Of a stretch of DNA of 64,000 bases, positions 10,169 through 18,831 are shown in pieces. Both the position numbers and the translations under genes were made by a program. Numbering within the stretch: position 1 is the first letter of the stretch; the number at the start of each line of letters is the position of its first letter. The DNA comes from an uncultured virus (IMG/VR IMGVR_UViG_3300029258_002403) (Duplodnaviria; Heunggongvirae; Uroviricota; Caudoviricetes): IMG/VR virus record IMGVR_UViG_3300029258_002403; one strand, given 5' to 3'. Under the pieces are notes generated by a model, which did not search any database, was not told the DNA's origin, and was given only the letters and a program-made list of their open reading frames with translations.

Positions 10169-11072
10169 CGGCGCAAGTGTTGAGGGATCCGTCTGCGTGC
10201 TGGGAGGTGAGCGTGCTCGGCGGGGGGACAGGGGGGAGGGTGACGGTTCCGGGCACCAGGGCGTTGACGTAGGCCGCCAACTGGCCCACGGCGGTGCCCA
10301 TGGCGGCCACCCAGGCCCAGAACGCCTGGTCGATGGTGATGTTGCTCTGAACGGGGTCCTTGATCCGCACCACCCCGTCCGCGGGCTTGGGGACCGGGGG
10401 GACCACCGTGGTGTCGAGCACCGGGGGGATCACGGTGTTGGTGTTGGGGATGGGGACGTAGTTCACCCCGGGGTCGCCAGGCGCTGCGAACCCCGCGTCG
10501 GTCACCTGTCCCCCCGTGGGAGGGGAGGTCCAGTCGGCACCCGCGCCGATGTGCGTGCGTCCTGTGAGGAGGATGTGCTCCCCAGCCAGGGTCTTGAGTT
10601 GGAGGCCGCCCCCGCTGTGAATCAGAATGTCGGCCCCGTCCCCCGTCTGGATGGCGAGAAGCTGGCCGTCCGCGGTGCGCAGGAACACGAACATGGGGGC
10701 GCTGGGGCCGGTGCTCACCCCCGCCACGCTAGGTGGGAACGGCCACGCCTGGTCGTTGCACCGCCCCACGATCACCGCGTCCCCGCCCCGCCCCTGGGGC
10801 GTGGCCACCACCACCCGCTGGCCATAGGAGATGGGGAAGTACAGGCCCCCGGTGTCCACCGCGGACAGATCTAGGCGCGCCACGATCTCGTCGCCGCTGG
10901 GGGCCAGGGTCACCTCCACGAGCACGTCCCCGTCCTGCACCCGCACGTACTCGGGGGTGAAGTCCAGGTGGCCCACCGTCCCCATGCTGATGAAGTTCTT
11001 GGGCATCCCCCGCATCCCCTCCCGTTGGCGGGACCAGTCGCGGGGCGGCGGCGCTGTGCGGTGCATGGGCAT
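10161..11072 (-). CDS. Baseplate spike (gpV-like)
   Basis: OB-fold-like 'GLYFPISYGQRVVVATPQG...AVIVG' then beta-strand region; follows the hub. Confidence 0.7.
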   Translation of the reverse strand: MPMHRTAPPPRDWSRQREGMRGMPKNFISMGTVGHLDFTPEYVRVQDGDVLVEVTLAPSGDEIVARLDLSAVDTGGLYFPISYGQRVVVATPQGRGGDAVIVGRCNDQAWPFPPSVAGVSTGPSAPMFVFLRTADGQLLAIQTGDGADILIHSGGGLQLKTLAGEHILLTGRTHIGAGADWTSPPTGGQVTDAGFAAPGDPGVNYVPIPNTNTVIPPVLDTTVVPPVPKPADGVVRIKDPVQSNITIDQAFWAWVAAMGTAVGQLAAYVNALVPGTVTLPPVPPPSTLTSQHADGSLNTCADG

Positions 11073-12995
11073 TTACAGATCCTCGATCACCGGCAGGAAC
11101 ACCTCCGCCAACTCCACGGCGGCGGGGAGGAAGTCTACGGACTGGCGGATCAGGGCGTACCGCGCGTCCAGGAAGTTGATGGCTTGGATGTCGAACTTGA
11201 ACCCGCTGTCGTACTGGAAGTCCACTGCCACCTCCCGCACGTAGAACACGGTCTGGAGGAGGTCGCTCTCCATGGCCAGGGCCAACTGGGCCGCGATCAC
11301 CGGGTCGAAGTCGTAGGTGGTGATCAGCGCCTCGATCCGCTCCGGGGTGGACAGCTTCCAGAAGTTGCCGGCCTGGGTGACATACGTGTTCTCCACGTTG
11401 TCCGGCAGGCTCGGCACGATCACGATCTCCACGGGGTCCCCGGCGCGCAGTTGGAGCATGTCAGGGGTGCCCGTGCCCCGGTTGCTCGGGAACGCGTTGA
11501 GGGAGGTGGTGGACACTTTGATCTCCATCTCCTTGCGGCCGAACTGCTCGTACAGGGACTCCGCGATCCGGTCGAGCACCTCCTGGGCGCGGTCGCTGGG
11601 GATCCGGTCTTGGAGGACCACGGTCTTGTACTCGGCGCGGTCCCCCGTCCCCAGGGGGTTGGCGCCGGCCTTGGTGGTCAGGGGGAGTTCGGGGAACCTG
11701 CTGGTGATGCTCCGCCCGGTCTTGGCCTCGGTGGCGGTGACGGCCACTCCCGTGGGGACGTTCCGGCCGTTGTAGTTGCGCACCACAGACAGGCTGTCCA
11801 CGTTGTCCCCGTAGGCGAACCGCCGCAGTTCCTGGCCGCTCTCCTTGTAGTAGGTCTTGGGGAGGTCGATCACCAACTCCGCGGGAGGGAGCGCACCCAG
11901 GGCGCCCTGGGTTTCAATGGGGGTGCGCATGTAGCAGATCAGCCCCACCCCCACGCACAGGTCCGTGACGAAATCCCAGTAGCTGATCTGCTCTTTGGCG
12001 CCGCCGCCCCGCGCCTTCTTGGCGTTGCCCTTGCTGTCAAACCAAGTGGCCCCCTTGAGTTCCCCGATCGTGGGGAGTTCCTCCCCCGTGGCGTTGACCA
12101 CCTCCAGCCCCCGCATCCCGGGGAGGCCGTACCGCTTGGCCAGGATCGGGAGTGCGTCTGCGGCCGCGGCCTGTGCGGTGGCGGCAGTGAGGTTGGCGGC
12201 GATGGCCGACTGCTTGGCGGTGAGGCGGGCGATCTCCGCGGTCACTTCAGCGCTCGGGGGTTGCTGGGCGGACAACTGGGCCAGCTTCTTGGCCACGATC
12301 CCCGCCTGGTACGTGAGCCGCCGAACATCCCGGCGCGCATCGATCCGCCCGGCCCGCTGTTCTCGCGCGTCCACGGGGAGGAACTGGGCCTGCTCGTCCC
12401 CCACCACCACGGCCTTGATCACCTCATCGATCGGCGTGGACGCGGGGATCCCCGCCAGGCCGTCAATCGGCATCTCGGTGTCGATCAGGATGGCGGTGAT
12501 GTCCCGCGCCGAGATGGTGATCGTGTCGCCCCCGTCTTGGCTCACCTCCCAGTCGTCAATGAACCCCCGGAAGATCTCGTTGCTGGTCTCCTCCAGCAGG
12601 ACGATGTCCTCCCCCGCCGGCAGGCCGTAGGTCCCCGTCTCGGGGATCAAGGTCAACTGGCTCTCGCCGCTGATCGGCCCGATCCCGTCCGCGAAGTCCT
12701 GGGGGTTCTCAAACGTGCCCGCGTAGATCTGGACCGTGGCCTGGCGGAGAACCCGGGGGTCGATCGGCAGGGCGCCGTAGGGGATGGTGACCCGCGCCTC
12801 GTCGGCCTGGCGGTACGAGTTGAGAGTCACTTGCGCGCTGATGGGGATGATCTTCTTGTCCAGGGTGACGAACCCACCCTGGTCCACGGGGTCCCCGTCA
12901 AACGTGGGTTGGGGGAGCGGCGGCGGCACCGAGATGTAGTCTTCGAACCGGAGCTGGAGGCGGATCCAGCACTGGGGGTAGAACACGTCCGCCAC
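11073..12995 (-). CDS. Baseplate hub (gpD/gp27-like)
   Basis: 'IFRGFIDDWEV...ITISARDITAILID'; lies between the LysM protein and the spike. Confidence 0.75.
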   Translation of the reverse strand: MADVFYPQCWIRLQLRFEDYISVPPPLPQPTFDGDPVDQGGFVTLDKKIIPISAQVTLNSYRQADEARVTIPYGALPIDPRVLRQATVQIYAGTFENPQDFADGIGPISGESQLTLIPETGTYGLPAGEDIVLLEETSNEIFRGFIDDWEVSQDGGDTITISARDITAILIDTEMPIDGLAGIPASTPIDEVIKAVVVGDEQAQFLPVDAREQRAGRIDARRDVRRLTYQAGIVAKKLAQLSAQQPPSAEVTAEIARLTAKQSAIAANLTAATAQAAAADALPILAKRYGLPGMRGLEVVNATGEELPTIGELKGATWFDSKGNAKKARGGGAKEQISYWDFVTDLCVGVGLICYMRTPIETQGALGALPPAELVIDLPKTYYKESGQELRRFAYGDNVDSLSVVRNYNGRNVPTGVAVTATEAKTGRSITSRFPELPLTTKAGANPLGTGDRAEYKTVVLQDRIPSDRAQEVLDRIAESLYEQFGRKEMEIKVSTTSLNAFPSNRGTGTPDMLQLRAGDPVEIVIVPSLPDNVENTYVTQAGNFWKLSTPERIEALITTYDFDPVIAAQLALAMESDLLQTVFYVREVAVDFQYDSGFKFDIQAINFLDARYALIRQSVDFLPAAVELAEVFLPVIEDL

Positions 12996-12997
12996 AG

Positions 12998-14200
12998 CTA
13001 CACCCCCTGCGCGCCGTCCAGTGCTGGAATCCTGACGATGGTCCCCCGCGGCGCGATCGACCCCTTGAGGCCGTTGAAGTCCGCGATCAAGGTCCAGTTG
13101 TTGGCGGTCCCGTAGAACTGGGTGCTCACGTCCCGCAGGGTCACGTCCTCGGGGGACGTGAACGTGCCCAGGATGTCCGGGCTCTGGAGGTCACCAAGTT
13201 GGTCCCGGGTGATCGCGGACTCCACACCCAACTTGGCCGCGTTGAAGGCGATAGCCGCGGCCGCCTCGGCAGCCAGGTTGGCGTCGTTGCTGTTGCCCCC
13301 GTCCCGGGTGGCCCCGTAGGCCGCGGGGATGGAACGGATGGTGTCGATCAAGTCCTTGCAGGCCAGGACGATCGACGTGAGTTGCTGCTGGAGGACCCCA
13401 AGCAGTTCCGCGGGGGCGAACACCAGGGACACGAACCCGTTGAGGGCGTCGATCAGCCCCGCCACCAACTGGCCGATCTTGGTGATCCGCTGGGACACCA
13501 GGGTGAGGTACCCCCGGGCGATGGCCAGGGCGGCGTTGACCGCGTTGAGGAACGCCTGGATCGCCGCCAGGATCGCCGCGAGCAGGCCCGGGGGGTCGAG
13601 CTTGGGGCGGATCTTGAGCTTGGGCGCGCTCGCGGTGTCACCGATCCACTTGAACGTGATCTCCCACCGGATGTCCTCCTCCCGGTCGTGGTCCGCTTCG
13701 AAGGCCGAGATGAACCCGTACCGCACCATGCTCCCCCACTCCACCCGCAGGAGTTGGCCCCCGCGCTGGAGGAGGAAGATCGCGTCCCGCACCACCCGGG
13801 CCCGCTTGGCGTCTCCGGGGATCGGCGTGGCGCCGCCGCTGGCGAACGACTTGCCGCCGAAGTTGGCCGACCCGGGGCGCCCCTCCGTGCTGATCCGGGG
13901 GAAGTTGACCAGGGTCACCTTGCTGTCGTCGTTGAAAAGGAACGCGTCCTTCCACATCCCGGTCATGGTGGTGTCGGTCCACGTGGGGCCGAGCACCTGG
14001 GCCTGGGCCACGGGGTTGCCGGGGAAATACTTGGTCTCCACCCGCAACTCCGCGCCCCACGGGACGCCGCGGTAGGGGAGGCTCCGGCCGCGGAACACCA
14101 TGGTCCGCCCCTCCCCCGTCACCTCCTGGATGAATAGGGGGAACGCCTGGGACGGGACGGCGTCGAGCTTGGCCAGGGCCTGGGGGTTGACCTGGACCAT
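12998..14200 (-). CDS. Tail tube initiator with C-terminal LysM-like domain
   Basis: C-terminal 'TLRDVSTQFYGTANNWTLIADFNGL...GTIVRIP'; follows the tape measure. Confidence 0.75.
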   Translation of the reverse strand: MVQVNPQALAKLDAVPSQAFPLFIQEVTGEGRTMVFRGRSLPYRGVPWGAELRVETKYFPGNPVAQAQVLGPTWTDTTMTGMWKDAFLFNDDSKVTLVNFPRISTEGRPGSANFGGKSFASGGATPIPGDAKRARVVRDAIFLLQRGGQLLRVEWGSMVRYGFISAFEADHDREEDIRWEITFKWIGDTASAPKLKIRPKLDPPGLLAAILAAIQAFLNAVNAALAIARGYLTLVSQRITKIGQLVAGLIDALNGFVSLVFAPAELLGVLQQQLTSIVLACKDLIDTIRSIPAAYGATRDGGNSNDANLAAEAAAAIAFNAAKLGVESAITRDQLGDLQSPDILGTFTSPEDVTLRDVSTQFYGTANNWTLIADFNGLKGSIAPRGTIVRIPALDGAQGV

Positions 14201-14203
14201 GGG

Positions 14204-16270
14204 CTACACCCCTTGCTCCTCCAGGGCCAGGCTGCTCGTGCGCTTCTCGATCGAGCGGTCCACCGCCCGATAGAACGCGCCGATCACTCGGTCGGGGTCT
14301 TGGTTCCGCAGGTCTTGGTGGACCACCATCTTGTGGATGTGGGTGGCGCGGCCGCCACCGCTGGGTGGCTTCTTGCCCCCCGCGCCCCCCATGGTCCCCA
14401 GGTCCATGTCCTTGTCTCCCTCCTTGCGCCACGACGCCAGGCCCTCGCGGAGCCCCTTAGTGATCCCCGCATCCGGGTCGGCGCGGGCGTTCTCAAACGC
14501 GTTGGCGTACTCGAAGAACTTGGTGGCCTCCTTGGCGTCGTCCTTCATCCCCATCACCGTCTCCTTGCTGGTGCGGTACAGGGAGTTCATCCCGTTCTGG
14601 AGGGTCTGGCTCATGTCGTCCAGGCCGATCGCGTCGGCCGCGGCCTTCATGATGCCCACGATCCCCATGATCATGGCGATCATGCCGAGCTTCACCGTCT
14701 TGGCGCCCATGATCAGCATCTTCCACACGAAGTAGAACGCGCCGATCACCCGGATGCCCGTGACCATGATCCCCATGAGGAAGTAGATGGCCTTGCCCAG
14801 GAAGTCCACCACCCCTTGGAGGAGCCCCGCCGGGCTGCTCGTGCCGAACATAGCGTTGCCCAACGCCACGAGCGCTGCCCATAGGTCATCGATCGCGTAG
14901 AACAGGGGCTCAAACGCCAGGGCCCCGGACTTCACCGCGTCCACGATGTCCTGCCAGTGGGCGATGATGTACGCAGCCACGGCGCCACCGATCGCGGCCA
15001 CACCTGCCAGGGCAAAGCCCAGGACCAGGATCGCCGGAAGCGCCCACAAGGCCGCGGCGCCCATCTGCATGATCACGGGCCAGACCTTCTGGATCCCCTG
15101 GATGGCCTTGCCCACGCCCTTGCCCACCATCCCGGCGCCCTTGAGCCCCATGCCGACCCCCACGCTGGCGATCTTGGCCTTGAGCACCATCTTCACCGCG
15201 CGTTCGAACCGATCGATGAAGTTGAATAGCTTGGTGAGGTTGTCCTGCCAGTTGTCGGCCCAGTCCTGGATCCACCGCCCCATGGGCTCCACGGCGCGGC
15301 TCACGAACATGCCGAGCTTGGACCCCAGGAACGACGCCGCCTCGCGGAGCTTGTTCATGGTCTCCCCCGTGGGGTCGAGCACTCCGCCGGTTTGGGTGAG
15401 GCCCTTGAACGTCTCCTTGAGCGCGCCGAACGTGGCGCTGGTCATCTCCTTCTTGAGAATCTGGAGGTCGGACATCATGGTGCTGGACACACCAGCCCAC
15501 GTGCCGCCGAACGCCTCGGTGGCCACCCCCAACTTCTCGGTGGCGGCGCGCACCAGTTCGAACCGCTTCTCCGGGGACAGGCGGTTGAACTCCTGGGTGA
15601 GCTTGGTGCCCAAGGCCATGTTGTCCCCGAAGTAGTCCAGGGACTTGCCCGCCTCCAGGATGGGCTTTTGGAGCACCTTCCACGTTTCGAACTCCGCACC
15701 GGCGCCGCCGGTGAGGATCCGGCTCATCTGCGCGCCGGTGGTGGCGAAGTCGCCACCCATGATCATGCCCAGGGCCAGGGACTCCTTGGACAGTTGGAGG
15801 ATGTCCTCCATGTTGTCCGTCACCGACCGGGCGCCGGGGAGCATGTTGGTGAACATCTGGCTGGCCTGCTCAAAGCTGGCCGGCGACTTGGCGGCGATGG
15901 CGAACAGGCGGTTCTGCACCACCTCGCTGATCTGGAGGTTCTTGTTGAAGTCCCCCTGCGCGTGCCCCATGAGCTGGAGGGTGGAGGCCATGCTGTACTG
16001 CATCTGCTCCAACTGCGCGTTGAACGCGAACCCCTGTTTGACCATGGCCACCAGGCCCGCTGCGCCGGCGGCTGCGGCGATCGACGCCCCGAGCTTCCCC
16101 CACAGCGCCACCGTCTGGAACGTGTTGCCGATCAGGCGGTTGCCGACGTTCTCCACCCCCTGGGACACGCGGACGATCCCGGCCGCCCACTTGTCCAGCT
16201 TGGACGCAGCGTTCCGTCCCTTCCGCGCCTCCAAGATCGCGCGGACGTGATACTCGATCCCTTGGGCCAT
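14204..16270 (-). CDS. Tape measure protein
   Basis: 688 aa, Ala/Gly-rich helical with hydrophobic segments; follows the tail chaperones. Confidence 0.85.
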   Translation of the reverse strand: MAQGIEYHVRAILEARKGRNAASKLDKWAAGIVRVSQGVENVGNRLIGNTFQTVALWGKLGASIAAAAGAAGLVAMVKQGFAFNAQLEQMQYSMASTLQLMGHAQGDFNKNLQISEVVQNRLFAIAAKSPASFEQASQMFTNMLPGARSVTDNMEDILQLSKESLALGMIMGGDFATTGAQMSRILTGGAGAEFETWKVLQKPILEAGKSLDYFGDNMALGTKLTQEFNRLSPEKRFELVRAATEKLGVATEAFGGTWAGVSSTMMSDLQILKKEMTSATFGALKETFKGLTQTGGVLDPTGETMNKLREAASFLGSKLGMFVSRAVEPMGRWIQDWADNWQDNLTKLFNFIDRFERAVKMVLKAKIASVGVGMGLKGAGMVGKGVGKAIQGIQKVWPVIMQMGAAALWALPAILVLGFALAGVAAIGGAVAAYIIAHWQDIVDAVKSGALAFEPLFYAIDDLWAALVALGNAMFGTSSPAGLLQGVVDFLGKAIYFLMGIMVTGIRVIGAFYFVWKMLIMGAKTVKLGMIAMIMGIVGIMKAAADAIGLDDMSQTLQNGMNSLYRTSKETVMGMKDDAKEATKFFEYANAFENARADPDAGITKGLREGLASWRKEGDKDMDLGTMGGAGGKKPPSGGGRATHIHKMVVHQDLRNQDPDRVIGAFYRAVDRSIEKRTSSLALEEQGV

Positions 16271-16285
16271 GGGAGCGGGCCTAGC

Positions 16286-16615
16286 CTACCACGCCCCGGA
16301 CGCCGCGGAGTTGGGGCGTGTGGGGTCGGGGTTCTCCTTTTCCAGCAGGTCCCCCAGGAGGCGGACTACCCGCACCACCTCGGAGATCGGCCAGTCCTTC
16401 ATGGTCTCGATGTCCTGGGCCCCGTACCGGGCCGCGGCCACCATGAGCTTCCACGTGTGCTGGATGTTGCGGGACCAGTCCGCCATCACCAGATCGCACC
16501 ACGTCTGGAAGGACGCGGCGTACCCCTCCAGCGGGTCACGCTGGACGGGGAAGGGGGTCACGGCCACGAGGTGGCCGTTGTCGTATCGGAGCCGCGGCGC
16601 GAAGACGTGCTCCAC
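16286..16615 (-). CDS. Tail assembly chaperone, C-terminal (gpT/E'-like) part
   Basis: 'ARYGAQDIETMKDWPISEVVRVV' between chaperone and tape measure; frame stays open upstream into the chaperone. Confidence 0.6.
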   Translation of the reverse strand: MEHVFAPRLRYDNGHLVAVTPFPVQRDPLEGYAASFQTWCDLVMADWSRNIQHTWKLMVAAARYGAQDIETMKDWPISEVVRVVRLLGDLLEKENPDPTRPNSAASGAW

Positions 16616-16637
16616 GTCGGGCTCCGGCTTGTCTGGC

Positions 16638-17066
16638 TCAGACCGCGGGCTTCCCGGCAGCCAGAAAGTTTTCCACGTCGGCCTCCTCGACCGACTGCAT
16701 CTTCATGAACGCGGCCTCCACCAGCCGGCGGCCCTTGGACCCGATCGCGTCCCACCACTTGGTGAGCTTCTCCCGGTTGTCCCGGGTGGTCCAGCCGCCG
16801 ATCTTCCAGATCGCCGCGTACAGGAGTTCGCGGCTCAGGATCGACGGGTTGTTGTTGGCCACCTTGGCGGCGTGATCCTGCTGCCGCGGGGTGATCTCGA
16901 TCATCTTGAAGGTGCGGTCCTCATCCGAGAACCCCTCCGCCGAAAAGGCGATCCCCACCATGCTGGCGGGAAGGGTGTACTCGATGTGCGGGCGGGCCTT
17001 GTCGGTGATAAGGCCGCTCGCGGCGCCGCGGTTGGGGATTCCGAGTCCGGGGTCGTTGTCACTCAT
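16638..17066 (-). CDS. Tail assembly chaperone (gpG-like)
   Basis: ATG at 17066 with AGGAG RBS; canonical position upstream of the tape measure. Confidence 0.7.
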   Translation of the reverse strand: MSDNDPGLGIPNRGAASGLITDKARPHIEYTLPASMVGIAFSAEGFSDEDRTFKMIEITPRQQDHAAKVANNNPSILSRELLYAAIWKIGGWTTRDNREKLTKWWDAIGSKGRRLVEAAFMKMQSVEEADVENFLAAGKPAV

Positions 17067-17119
17067 GGGTGTTCTCCTGGCGGTGCCCACCGTACCCCAC
17101 GCCGCCGCGGTGGCGCAAG

Positions 17120-17512
17120 ATGGACCCGATGGCACTTGATACAGACGGCGAGCGGGTGGTGGACTCCCTGGACCAGATCATCTGGGAGCGGCACCACGAC
17201 GGCCAGCAGGTCGTGAGGCAGCCTGCGCCCCCCGTGGTGGTCCAGCAGGCCAACGGGTGGGCCACTGTCCTCCTGACCCTCCAAGACCGGCGCGCTGGGG
17301 CGTGGGGACCCAGGCGGTGGGTGATCACCCGGTGGAAGCGAGACCGGGGGGCCTGGAGGCTGTACGACAAGTTCCGCCTGTCCGAGGCTGCCCTCCGGGG
17401 GCTGGTGGTCCAGGGCGCAACGGTGCTGGCCGGAGCGCGCAAGGACCCGGACGATGGGACGACGGAAAACAGTCAAGGACCGGAACAAGGACTTGCAGAT
17501 AGCCCTGCGTAG
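17120..17512 (+). CDS. Hypothetical protein (opposite-strand insert)
   Basis: No credible minus-strand gene here; natural-looking sequence, coupled to the next ORF. Confidence 0.55.
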   Translation: MDPMALDTDGERVVDSLDQIIWERHHDGQQVVRQPAPPVVVQQANGWATVLLTLQDRRAGAWGPRRWVITRWKRDRGAWRLYDKFRLSEAALRGLVVQGATVLAGARKDPDDGTTENSQGPEQGLADSPA

Positions 17513-17996
17513 GCTTGACCCCGACCAGGGCCCCCGGGCCAGGGCCAACGCACGGGAGGCCGTGCTGGACGCCCTGCGGGAACTCCGGGCCACCGTGGAC
17601 AGGGACTACCCCCACACCCGCAAGCGAAAGCCCAGGGCCAAGCTCCAGCCGGGGCACAAGGAGAACCGCCTACGGTCCCGGGGGTGGGTCCCCGTCCCCC
17701 ACAATGGCAAGTCGGCCGCCCTGGCGGCGAGCATCGGGATCAAGGCCCAGCCGGATCCTCGGGGGGTGGCGAGCCTCCAGGAGCGAGCCCGGCGGAACAA
17801 GGTCAAGGTGCCCACCGCCGCGGAGTGCAAGACCGCCGACGTGTGGGTTCCACGGTGGGTGTCGATCGCGTCCCGGGTGGGGGTGTCCAAGGCCGACGCA
17901 CTGGCCGCCAAGAAATCCCCGACCAAGCGGCGGTCCCTCCTGGCACAGGCCATGCTCACCGCCGATGACGACGACTTGGGGTTCACCACGCCGTAG
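17454..17996 (+). CDS. Basic hypothetical protein (opposite-strand insert)
   Basis: 180 aa K/R-rich, ends LLAQAMLTADDDD. Confidence 0.6.
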   Translation: MGRRKTVKDRNKDLQIALRRLDPDQGPRARANAREAVLDALRELRATVDRDYPHTRKRKPRAKLQPGHKENRLRSRGWVPVPHNGKSAALAASIGIKAQPDPRGVASLQERARRNKVKVPTAAECKTADVWVPRWVSIASRVGVSKADALAAKKSPTKRRSLLAQAMLTADDDDLGFTTP

Positions 17997-18351
17997 CGCG
18001 GGTGCTCAAGCTCGCCGCGGGGATACCCAGGCGCCGCTCCACCACCTCCAGGACGGCCTGGCCGTCGATGGGGTCGGTGGCGGTCACGTCGAGCAGGTAC
18101 CGGGGTGGCAGGCGCCCCGCGGCCTCGTAGGTGTGCAGGATCGCGTGGCCCCCGGGGAACAGGCACGACGCGGACAGGCCCCCCTCGGGGGGCTCCATCC
18201 GCGCCACTTGGGGGTCGTAAGCGGTCTGCCCGGGGCCCACCTTGTCGGCCAAGGCGATCAGCAGCGCCTCGGCTCGTTCCGCGTCCACCATGCGCACGGA
18301 GTACGCGTGCTCCACCACGGCCTCCACCCGGAACGTGTGCAGGGTGGGCAT
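17983..18351 (-). CDS. Degenerate AdoMet decarboxylase (SpeD)-fold protein
   Basis: 'GGLSASCLFPGGHAILHTYE...YLLDV' parallels SpeD 'GvSg.v.laESHisiHTwpE...vDv' but lacks ES. Confidence 0.55.
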   Translation of the reverse strand: MPTLHTFRVEAVVEHAYSVRMVDAERAEALLIALADKVGPGQTAYDPQVARMEPPEGGLSASCLFPGGHAILHTYEAAGRLPPRYLLDVTATDPIDGQAVLEVVERRLGIPAASLSTRATAW

Positions 18352-18358
18352 GGGCCGC

Positions 18359-18796
18359 CTAGATGATCTTGTAGTTGCTCGCCTTGCCGGCCAGCGTGAA
18401 CTCGATGAACTCGTTGCGGCCGCCGATGTTGAACGGCAGGTTCTCGAAGTACACGTCGGGGATCACGATCGACGGGAAATCCCCGTTGGGGAACGCGAAC
18501 GACCCGATGATGTCCACCCGCACCAGGCCGCCCGCGCGGCGCTGGGACCGGGCCACGATGGCGTCGGCCAGTTCCAGGTACGCCTGGCTGTTGGCGTGGC
18601 CGGTGAGGTTGACCCGGATCAACTTGAAGACCGAGTCCACCCGGTCGCTCGTCTCCCCCAGGTACCCCTCCTCCAGTAGCTCCTGTTCGAACTCGATCTC
18701 GGCGCTCTGGATGGTGTCGATCTGGGTTTGGAGGGCACCGTCCACCGTGATGGCGATCGATACCTCCTGGCCTTTTGCGCGTTGTGCTGCGGGCAT
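18359..18796 (-). CDS. Tail tube protein
   Basis: 145 aa beta-rich protein directly after the sheath. Confidence 0.8.
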   Translation of the reverse strand: MPAAQRAKGQEVSIAITVDGALQTQIDTIQSAEIEFEQELLEEGYLGETSDRVDSVFKLIRVNLTGHANSQAYLELADAIVARSQRRAGGLVRVDIIGSFAFPNGDFPSIVIPDVYFENLPFNIGGRNEFIEFTLAGKASNYKII

Positions 18797-18831
18797 GTTT
18801 CAGTCTCCTGCGGGTGGGCGGCGCGGCGGCC

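Noticed and set aside
16645..16660. GGGAAG as a lambda-type -1 slippery site
   Set aside because: It is not a proper X XXY YYZ heptamer, and the downstream chaperone ORF is in the +1 frame.
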